Below, piece after piece: positions 57,233 to 64,000 of a stretch of 64,000 nt of DNA. Both the position numbers and the translations under genes were made by a program. Below the pieces are notes generated by a model. It ran no database searches. It worked only from the letters and a program-made list of their open reading frames with translations, and was not told the DNA's origin. The DNA is taken from contig JAJQCA010000072.1 of NCBI GenBank assembly GCA_021202985.1, positions 8,681-72,680 on the forward strand. The letters run 5' to 3'. Each line of letters begins with the position of its first letter. Position 1 is the stretch's first letter. The DNA comes from Alistipes sp. Lineage in GTDB: Bacteria > Bacteroidota > Bacteroidia > Bacteroidales > Rikenellaceae.

Positions 57233-59431
57233 ATGAATCGATTGGAAGACACCCTGTTGCACGAAAAGCTGAGGGAATATTTTGGCTTTTCCTCGTTTAA
57301 AGGCAACCAGGAGTCTGTGATCAGGAACGTCCTTGCCGGTAAAGACACCTTCGTGCTGATGCCCACCGGGGGCGGCAAATCCCTCTGCTACCAGCTTCCC
57401 GCCCTTATAATGGACGGTGTTGCTATAATTATATCCCCGCTGATAGCGCTGATGAAAAACCAGGTGGATTCGATGCGGGCTTTCAGCTCGGAGGACGGGG
57501 TGGCCCATTTCCTCAACTCTTCGCTGAATAAGGCTGCCATAACCAAGGTACGCGAAGACGTGGAGGCGGGCAAAACCAAACTCCTCTATTTCGCTCCCGA
57601 ATCGCTCACCAAGGACGATAACGTCACGTTCCTCCGCAAGATAAAAATTTCGTTCTACGCGATAGACGAGGCCCACTGCATATCGGAATGGGGGCACGAC
57701 TTCCGTCCCGAATACAGGCGCATACGCCCCATCATCAACGAGATAGGCAACGCTCCGCTGATTGCCCTGACGGCTACCGCCACGCCCAAAGTACAGCTCG
57801 ACATACAGAAGAACCTCGGCATGCAGGACGCGGCCGTGTTCAAATCCTCGTTCAACCGGCCCAACCTCTACTACGAGATACGGCCCAAGAAAGACGCTGC
57901 GAGGGACATTATCCGCTACGTAAAGCAGCACCCCGGCCAGTCGGGTATCATATACTGCCTCAGCCGCAAGAAGGTGGAGGAACTGGCCGAACTGATGGTG
58001 GCCAACAATATAAAGGCCCTGCCTTACCATGCGGGGATGGACGCCACCACCCGCGCCCAGAACCAGGACAGTTTCCTGATGGAGGATGCGGAAGTGATAG
58101 TAGCAACGATTGCGTTCGGCATGGGGATAGACAAGCCGGACGTCCGGTATGTAATCCATTACGACATCCCCAAGAGCCTCGAAGGTTATTACCAGGAGAC
58201 CGGCCGTGCCGGACGGGACGGCGGCGAGGGGAAGTGCATCACGTTTTACAGCTACAAGGATATCCAGAAGCTGGAGAAATTCATGCAGGGTAAGCCCGTG
58301 GGGGAACAGGGGATAGGCAAGCTGCTGCTGCTGGAGACGGTTTCGTACGCCGAATCGTCCCTCTGCCGGCGTAAGACCCTGCTGCACTACTTCGGCGAGG
58401 AATATACCGAGGAGAACTGCGGCAGTTGCGACAACTGCCTCAATCCCAAACCCAAAATAGAAGCCACACCACACATGAGGTTTGCCCTCGAAATACTCTC
58501 CAAGATAGGCGACAAGTTCAAGATGGACTACCTCGTGAACCTGCTTATCGGGAGGACCACCGCCCTGATAAAATCGTACGGCCACCATAAGGAGAGCTGG
58601 TACGGCTGGGGCAAGGAGCACAGCGATAAATTCTGGGGGGCGGTTATCCGGCAGGGCCTGATACTGGGCCTGATAAACAAGAACATAGAGAACTACGGAT
58701 TTCTTTCGGTGAATAAAAAGGGCGAGGAATTCCTCGAAAAGCAGTTTCCCGTACAGATAACCCTCGACCATAATTACGACACGGACGAAGGCGACAACGA
58801 TCCCATCATGCCCTCGGGCAAACCGGGAACCGGCGCGGCCGACCAGCAGCTCTTTACCATGCTCAAGGACCTGCGTAAGAAAGTGGCTAGGAAACACGAC
58901 CTCCCCCCGTTCGTAATATTCCAGGACCCGTCGCTTGAGGATATGTCCATACAATATCCCGTGACGCTCGAGGAGATGCAGAACATCACGGGAGTGGGCG
59001 CCGGTAAGGCCAAAAAATTCGGGAAGGAGTTTATCGAGCTGATAAAAGCCTATGTGGACGAGAACGAGATAGACCGCCCGCAGGACATGGTCGTAAAGAG
59101 CGTGGTAAACAAAAGCACCAACAAGGTATTTATAATCCAAAGTATCGACCGCAAGATGGATTTCGAGGATATCGCCCGCGCCAAGGACCTCGAATTTCCG
59201 GAGCTGCTCACCGAAATAGAGGCGATAATAAACTCGGGGACCAAGCTCAATATCGGCTACTACATAGAGCAGGCCATCGACGAGGACAAGGCCGACGAGA
59301 TATATGACTACTTCCGCGAGGAAGCCGAATCGGACTCCATAGACGACGCCATGCAGGAGCTGGGCCCCGACTTTACGGAGGACGAGGTAAGGCTGGTGCG
59401 GATTAAGTTCCTTAGCGAGATGGGAAATTGA
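57233..59431 (+). CDS. recQ: ATP-dependent DNA helicase RecQ
   Basis: MPTGGGKSLCYQLPA, DEAHCISEWGHDFRPEY, RecQ zinc-binding cysteines (CRRK...CGSCDNC) and an HRDC region. Confidence 0.95.
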   Translation: MNRLEDTLLHEKLREYFGFSSFKGNQESVIRNVLAGKDTFVLMPTGGGKSLCYQLPALIMDGVAIIISPLIALMKNQVDSMRAFSSEDGVAHFLNSSLNKAAITKVREDVEAGKTKLLYFAPESLTKDDNVTFLRKIKISFYAIDEAHCISEWGHDFRPEYRRIRPIINEIGNAPLIALTATATPKVQLDIQKNLGMQDAAVFKSSFNRPNLYYEIRPKKDAARDIIRYVKQHPGQSGIIYCLSRKKVEELAELMVANNIKALPYHAGMDATTRAQNQDSFLMEDAEVIVATIAFGMGIDKPDVRYVIHYDIPKSLEGYYQETGRAGRDGGEGKCITFYSYKDIQKLEKFMQGKPVGEQGIGKLLLLETVSYAESSLCRRKTLLHYFGEEYTEENCGSCDNCLNPKPKIEATPHMRFALEILSKIGDKFKMDYLVNLLIGRTTALIKSYGHHKESWYGWGKEHSDKFWGAVIRQGLILGLINKNIENYGFLSVNKKGEEFLEKQFPVQITLDHNYDTDEGDNDPIMPSGKPGTGAADQQLFTMLKDLRKKVARKHDLPPFVIFQDPSLEDMSIQYPVTLEEMQNITGVGAGKAKKFGKEFIELIKAYVDENEIDRPQDMVVKSVVNKSTNKVFIIQSIDRKMDFEDIARAKDLEFPELLTEIEAIINSGTKLNIGYYIEQAIDEDKADEIYDYFREEAESDSIDDAMQELGPDFTEDEVRLVRIKFLSEMGN

Positions 59432-59792
59432 TGGTCGACACGGTTACGATACCGGCCTGTTTCGTCGGCCGCTCAGTAAGCCGATTATTAATGCTTTTTT
59501 TGCCGGATTATTTATTGATTATCGATTGGCCATTGGCTGATTAATGACTGGCACCTGCTTATTTCATACTTGCTCGCCGGGAGACCCCCTGATGTCTAAC
59601 TAAGCTGATTATAAAAGTTCCTGAGGCGGCCGCAACCGGACAGTTTTTTTCGGGTTCATTCGGCCGGGGGCGCCCGAAATAGAGCAAAAGTCTTTTCCGG
59701 GTTGATTATCGTTATTTTTTTTAAGTAAATTATCAATGCCACTGCTACGGCTCTCACGGATGAACCGCCGGTATGCCGCAAGCCGGGAGCGG

Positions 59793-59854
59793 CCTGACTC
59801 CGTCCCATGCCGCTGATAAGCCAGGGGCAGCCTGACTCCGTCCCATGCCGCTGA
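59793..59854. repeat. perfect 24-nt direct repeat (two copies, 38-nt period)
   Basis: cctgactccgtcccatgccgctga at 59793-59816 and at 59831-59854, in the 515-nt recQ-rsmA spacer. Confidence 0.9.
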
Positions 59855-59946
59855 CAATACGGGCGGGGCGATTCCGTTATCTCCCGCGGATAAGACGGGC
59901 ATGCGGAATATTATTCTTAAATTCGCGGTATTACGGAAGCGAAATT

Positions 59947-60750
59947 ATGCAGGAAAACAATATCGTCAGGGCCAAGAAACACCTCGGCCAACACTTCCTT
60001 ACCGACCTCAATATCGCCCGCAAGATTGCCGGGGCCGTAACGGGCGGAACCCCGGACAATCCGGCCTCCGTGCTCGAGGTAGGATGCGGAATGGGGATTC
60101 TTACCCGGTTCCTGCTGGAAAGGGACGATCTGAAGGTATACGGCGCGGAGATAGACAGCGAAAGCGTGGATTATCTTCGACTGCATTATCCCGATTTCAC
60201 GGAAAGGCTTTACCCCGAGGATTTTCTGCGGATGGACCTCAGGCAAAAGTTGAGCCCTTGCGGGAGCCTTTCAATCGTAGGAAATTTCCCGTACAACATA
60301 TCTTCGCAGATATTTTTTAAAGTTATAGAAAACCGCGACCTTATCCCGCAGGTCGTAGGGATGGTCCAGAAGGAGGTAGCCCAGCGAATCGCCGAACCGC
60401 CCGGCAGCCGGCAGTACGGTATACTCAGCGTACTTCTACAGGCATGGTACGATATCGAGTACCTGTTCACCGTAAACGAGAATGTGTTCAACCCTCCGCC
60501 GAAGGTGAAAAGCGCCGTTATCCGGCTGAACCGCAACGAAAAAACCGAACTGGGATGCGACGAACACCTGTTCGTAAAGGTGGTAAAAGCAGCGTTCGGG
60601 CAACGACGCAAAATGGTGCGCAACTCCCTGCGCAGTGTCTTCGGCAATTTCGGAGGCCGCGAACACCGTTTTTTCAACGACCGGGCCGAGAAACTCTCTG
60701 TCGACAACTTTGTCGAACTCACGTACTGGATAGGGCTTAACCTGGAATAA
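59947..60750 (+). CDS. rsmA: 16S rRNA (adenine1518/1519-N6)-dimethyltransferase
   Basis: KKHLGQHFL, EVGCGMG (SAM site) and GNFPYNISS. ATG at 59947. Confidence 0.9.
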   Translation: MQENNIVRAKKHLGQHFLTDLNIARKIAGAVTGGTPDNPASVLEVGCGMGILTRFLLERDDLKVYGAEIDSESVDYLRLHYPDFTERLYPEDFLRMDLRQKLSPCGSLSIVGNFPYNISSQIFFKVIENRDLIPQVVGMVQKEVAQRIAEPPGSRQYGILSVLLQAWYDIEYLFTVNENVFNPPPKVKSAVIRLNRNEKTELGCDEHLFVKVVKAAFGQRRKMVRNSLRSVFGNFGGREHRFFNDRAEKLSVDNFVELTYWIGLNLE

Positions 60751-60819
60751 GCGGCCGTTACAACTAAAACAAATATATGGGCGCGATAAAAAAAATGCGC
60801 CCTTGACTTTTAGAATAAA

Positions 60820-61188
60820 TTAGTTGTCCGAATATAAACCGAGTTTATTACCTTCACTATCTATAAATAAGGCGAAATAACCCGTTCCCTCGGCTTCAAC
60901 CTTTGTTTTAGGGGTTGTTATCTTTCCGCCGTTTTTTTCTATGCGGGAAATAATTTCCTCAATCTTTACCACCGACAGGCTGATTAAGACCCCGTCTTTT
61001 GAAGGTTTAAAACCTGTTGCAAAAGATATCGCTCCCGGGCATTTACCCGAACCTTCAGGAAAGAAAGCCATTTTTTCCGTCTGGGATTCCCTCACCGAAA
61101 GTTTGCAGTCTAATACTGTTTCGTAAAATTTTACGGCTCTGCAGAAATCTGCGGCAGGGATCTCGAAAAATGCTGCTAAATTCTTCAT
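60820..61188 (-). CDS. VOC (glyoxalase/bleomycin-resistance) family protein
   Basis: 122 aa from the ATG at 61188 (MKNLAAFFEIPAADFCRAVKFYETVL...GYFALFIDSEGNKLGLYS). AT-rich gene. Confidence 0.75.
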   Translation of the reverse strand: MKNLAAFFEIPAADFCRAVKFYETVLDCKLSVRESQTEKMAFFPEGSGKCPGAISFATGFKPSKDGVLISLSVVKIEEIISRIEKNGGKITTPKTKVEAEGTGYFALFIDSEGNKLGLYSDN

Positions 61189-61274
61189 CTCTTTCTTTTT
61201 TGATTTTAATGTGACTGGAATGCAAAAATAGAGATGAGTAGACCGTAAAACTTGTAAGAAAAGGACATTCCGTT

Positions 61275-62075
61275 TTAGGTAAAATAATCGGAATATGGGG
61301 CCCAAATGGATATAAACTGGCTTGGGGTATACCCGGTAAAGGCCTTAAATTCATTAACAAAATGCGGTTGATCGTAATATCCGCACTCACCCGCAAGTTT
61401 GGTAAAGTTTGTTCCAGGATATATTTGCAACGTATAAAGTGCCTTTTGAAAACGGATGATCCGTAAAAAATCTCTCGGGTTAGCCCCGATGTACTCTGAA
61501 AATATGCGTTTGAATTGTTTGTAGCTTAAACAACTTATTCGGGCAAGTTTTTCAATATTATTCTCTCCGGCGTTAATAGCCTCCATTACGGCACTCATCC
61601 GCTCATGGTTGTACGCCTTCACAACATTAAGCCGCTTTATCAAAAACGCTTCTATCAGCCGGACACATGATAAAACATCGGGTGCATCCATCAAGCAATT
61701 TTGCAATTCGATTAAAGCCGGATCGCCCATATCGTCTACCGATAATGTTAATTCGAACAATTCGTTTAAGGGCAGGGCAAAAAAAGCTTTGGTTCCGTGA
61801 GGTTGAAAGGTAACGGATATCATATCGACCATACCTTTTTGTTGAATATCCGAATAACCTCTCGTTTGCCCGCTCATAAACGCTTTGGGCTGCTGTTCGC
61901 CTTTAGATATAGAAAACAGATTCTCACCCCGATGAAAGATAAGGCTCACATAGCCGGTCGGTATGATCCGCTGTACAGGCTGTGTGGCGTCGTTTGTATT
62001 GAGGAACCAATAGTGCTTTATATATGGTTTAAGCAACGCAGAGGGATGTATTATTTGAAAATTCTCCATTGACAA
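61275..62075 (-). CDS. AraC family transcriptional regulator
   Basis: C-terminal double HTH (LSYKQFKRIFSEYIGANPRDFLRIIRFQKA...GYYDQPHFVNEFKAFTGYTPSQF). AT-rich gene. Confidence 0.8.
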   Translation of the reverse strand: MSMENFQIIHPSALLKPYIKHYWFLNTNDATQPVQRIIPTGYVSLIFHRGENLFSISKGEQQPKAFMSGQTRGYSDIQQKGMVDMISVTFQPHGTKAFFALPLNELFELTLSVDDMGDPALIELQNCLMDAPDVLSCVRLIEAFLIKRLNVVKAYNHERMSAVMEAINAGENNIEKLARISCLSYKQFKRIFSEYIGANPRDFLRIIRFQKALYTLQIYPGTNFTKLAGECGYYDQPHFVNEFKAFTGYTPSQFISIWAPYSDYFT

Positions 62076-62243
62076 TAATTAAGGACTTTCGTGGATGCCA
62101 AGATAATAATTGCTGTTTGTTACCTTGCAAAAACGGATATCATTTTAGTGTTACTTAGCGGGAAATTGCAAAACCAATGAAAGTCGATATGAGTGGCTAA
62201 CCCCGGCAGCTGTGTGCAATGTGTGTGCAAGGTACGGGCAAAG

Positions 62244-62280
62244 TTGAAAAAGAAAGAGACTTACACTCCTGTAAGTCTCT
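62244..62280 (-). terminator. rho-independent terminator downstream of the tRNA
   Basis: agagacttaca / ctcc / tgtaagtctct (62255-62280). The plus-strand A-rich run at 62244-62254 gives a T-rich tail on the minus strand. Confidence 0.6.
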
Positions 62281-62290
62281 GATTTTGAAG

Positions 62291-62365
62291 TGGGCCCACC
62301 AGGGCTTGAACCTGGGACCCCCTGATTATGAGTCAGGTGCTGCTAACCAACTGAGCTATGGGCCC
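62291..62365 (-). tRNA. tRNA with CAT anticodon (elongator Met or lysidine-dependent Ile2)
   Basis: The reverse complement folds as a 75-nt cloverleaf: acceptor gggccca/tgggccc, D arm gct...agc, anticodon arm cctga-CTCATAA-tcagg, variable gggtc, T arm ccagg-ttcaagc-cctgg, discriminator A. No encoded CCA. It lacks the 3 G-C anticodon-stem pairs of an initiator. C4:G69 and C5:G68 resemble E. coli tRNA-Ile2. Confidence 0.85.
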
Positions 62366-62445
62366 TGCTTTCGACCTGTGGAGTTCCTTCAGCTGCCGGC
62401 CCCCGGGGGAACCGCCTGCGGGAGTACCCCGGCCTTTTGCGACCA

Positions 62446-62476
62446 CAAAAATATACATTTGAAGTTTATTTGCAAA
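62446..62476 (-). promoter_or_regulatory. consensus Bacteroidetes promoter (TTTG-N19-TAttTTTG) facing the tRNA
   Basis: The minus strand reads TTTG (62476-62473), 19 nt, then TATTTTTG (62453-62446), about 80 nt upstream of the tRNA 5' end. Confidence 0.45.
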
Positions 62477-62660
62477 ATGTTTAGAGAAAATTATCCGGCG
62501 AAATATTTTAATGCTAATTTTGTCTGATGTTCCGGTATTTTATACCGGACAGGGCAATAAACCACAGCCCGGCGGGTTTTATGGTTATATTGCCGGCTCA
62601 TGTCCGGGCCATGCGGTAACACCGGACGCCCGCAGGGTTTTAAAAACAGACTTAAAGGTT

Positions 62661-63101
62661 ATGAAAAAAATCGCTTTCACTCTTTTTGCTTTACTTGTAA
62701 TGGCCGGCGCGGCTTCGGCTCAGAATTATAAATGGGCCGGCGGTGTACGGGCCGGCGGTGAAACGGTCGGTTTCACGGTTAAGCATAAATTCGACTCGGC
62801 CAACGGGCTGGAAGGTATTTTATCATACCCGTGGAAGAACGGTTTCACTGCCACGGTTCTCTATGAACGGCATATACCGGTTATCGGCGAAGGTTTCGAA
62901 TTCTATTACGGTCTCGGGGGCCACACCGGTTCGTGGAACCACAATTTCTCGCTCGGGGTGGATGTCATTGCCGGGCTGGAATTCCAGATTCCGGCCGTAC
63001 CGCTGGCTTTGTCGTTGGATTACAAGCCGGCGTTCAATATAGTTAAAAAGACCAAGTTCTATATGGCGGACATCGCGCTGGGTGTGAAATACACCTTTTA
63101 A
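62661..63101 (+). CDS. small outer-membrane beta-barrel protein
   Basis: ATG at 62661. Signal MKKIAFTLFALLVMAGAASA, alternating amphipathic strands and a C-terminal GVKYTF (terminal Phe beta-signal). Confidence 0.75.
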   Translation: MKKIAFTLFALLVMAGAASAQNYKWAGGVRAGGETVGFTVKHKFDSANGLEGILSYPWKNGFTATVLYERHIPVIGEGFEFYYGLGGHTGSWNHNFSLGVDVIAGLEFQIPAVPLALSLDYKPAFNIVKKTKFYMADIALGVKYTF

Positions 63102-63113
63102 ACCGCAAAGCAG

Positions 63114-63971
63114 ATGAGGAAGTTAACAATTTTGGCCCTGGTCGTCACGCTCTGCTCCTGCCTCGGTCCGCAGAAGCCAGCCGACCAGCACCCCGTGGCG
63201 GAGGACACTTTACAGCGGGAGAAAGAATTCAGCGACTCCCTGCTGAGCGAGGTGTTCGCATCTCTGACCGAAATCACGGACAACCTCAACACCATCAAAA
63301 TCCGCGAAAACCTGATAACCACCTCCTATAACAGCGGTGAAATTCAGGTAGAGCCGACAGCCGTAATCCGCGCGGATATCGCGGCCATCGACGAACTGCT
63401 GGCCGAAAACCGGCGTGCGCTCGACCGCCTTCGCCACAACGCGGACCAACTGAAAAAAGCCAACCGGCAGGTGGAATCGCTGGAACGGCTTTTGTCTGCC
63501 TTTGCGGACCAGATTGCAGCGAAGGACCACGAGATAAATACCCTGAAAGAAGAACTTCGTATCAAAACCGAGCAGGTAGAGACCCTCGCGTCGGGACTGG
63601 AGGAGGAGGCGCGCCTCCGGGGAGAACTCGAAACCGAACTGGAAAGCACCACGGGGATGCTTAACACGGCCTATTATATCGTCGGGTCGGCTAAAGAGCT
63701 TAAACGCAAAGGCATCACCGGCAAGTCGGGATTTATAGGCCGGACCACGGTAGTAAACGACAACCACGAGCTGGACGATTTCACGGCAATCGATCTCCGG
63801 ACGTTCGACGAACTGATACTCGGCCGCAAGAACGTGGAAGTGGTGACCAGCCATCCTGAGGGTTCATACGTTTTCGTAATGGGCGAGCGTGGGGTCTACC
63901 AGTCGCTGGTAATAACCGACAAGGCCCGTTTCTGGGCCACCTCCAAGATACTTGTGGTAAGTTACAAATAG
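63114..63971 (+). CDS. coiled-coil lipoprotein (possibly Cbp1-like adhesin family; name from memory only)
   Basis: Signal and lipobox LVVTLCSC, a long heptad-like central region (LDRLRHNADQLKKANRQVESLERLL...KEELRIKTEQVE) and a conserved-looking C-terminal globular part. Confidence 0.6.
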   Translation: MRKLTILALVVTLCSCLGPQKPADQHPVAEDTLQREKEFSDSLLSEVFASLTEITDNLNTIKIRENLITTSYNSGEIQVEPTAVIRADIAAIDELLAENRRALDRLRHNADQLKKANRQVESLERLLSAFADQIAAKDHEINTLKEELRIKTEQVETLASGLEEEARLRGELETELESTTGMLNTAYYIVGSAKELKRKGITGKSGFIGRTTVVNDNHELDDFTAIDLRTFDELILGRKNVEVVTSHPEGSYVFVMGERGVYQSLVITDKARFWATSKILVVSYK

Positions 63972-64000
63972 CGTCACGACCAGGGCCGTGTAAGTAAAAT

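Noticed and set aside
57143-59140. 665-aa minus-strand ORF, together with other long antisense ORFs (20458..21324, 21640..22818, 29398..30645, 42619..43713, 52043..53140, 12980..13888, 55408..56106, 15902..16924).
   Set aside because: Each is a shadow of a confidently identified gene on the other strand (recQ, atpA/atpB, fprA, thrC, the receptor-like gene, RND, aroA, murB). None contains any recognisable motif.
60751-62290. An integrative mobile element inserted at the tRNA.
   Set aside because: There is no integrase, excisionase or transfer gene, and no direct repeat of the tRNA 3' end at the far border. Only the compositional anomaly is retained as a low-to-moderate finding.

Overview
This is a 64 kb, visibly GC-rich chromosomal segment that looks like core genome of a Bacteroidota (Bacteroidales-like) organism. 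Three things support that: gene content (V-type ATPase operon containing a DUF2764 gene, plus DUF5106, DUF5606, DUF4301 and PG0541-type genes), many lipoprotein signal peptides, and several matches to the Bacteroidetes TTTG-N19-21-TAnnTTTG promoter consensus. I support about 50 protein-coding genes, one tRNA (anticodon CAT) and one interrupted outer-membrane receptor gene.

Recognisable units:
- gtrA-GT2-GT39 glycan/lipid modification operon.
- TetR + TolC/MFP/RND efflux operon with a small PG0541-like gene.
- tilS-murB.
- Seven-gene V-type ATPase operon.
- holA.
- A redox cluster: flavodiiron protein, thioesterase, DUF488, SDR and two nitroreductases.
- fumC.
- thrA / ApgM-like / thrC operon.
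- A biotin-dependent carboxyltransferase.
- aroC-aroA-lptB.
- recQ and rsmA.

I found no rRNA, CRISPR array, transposase, integrase, phage gene or recognisable defence or toxin system, and I cannot point to a clear novel multi-gene system.

The most unusual signals are non-genic:
1. A dispersed REP/MITE-like motif family (GTCATYCTGA...TCAGAATGAC), with a 54-56 nt tandem array directly upstream of the gtrA operon.
2. GC-rich, CCGG-rich low-complexity tracts. They sit in frame inside otherwise conserved genes (SDR, ApgM-like, first ORF) and between genes of normally compact operons (V-ATPase, thr).
3. A single in-frame TAG splitting a TonB-dependent-receptor-like gene.
4. Phased 10-nt direct repeats upstream of that gene.
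5. A small AT-rich two-gene islet abutting the tRNA 3' end.

All functional calls rest on motif and family recognition by eye, with no database search. Start codons were chosen by eye from the ORF track.
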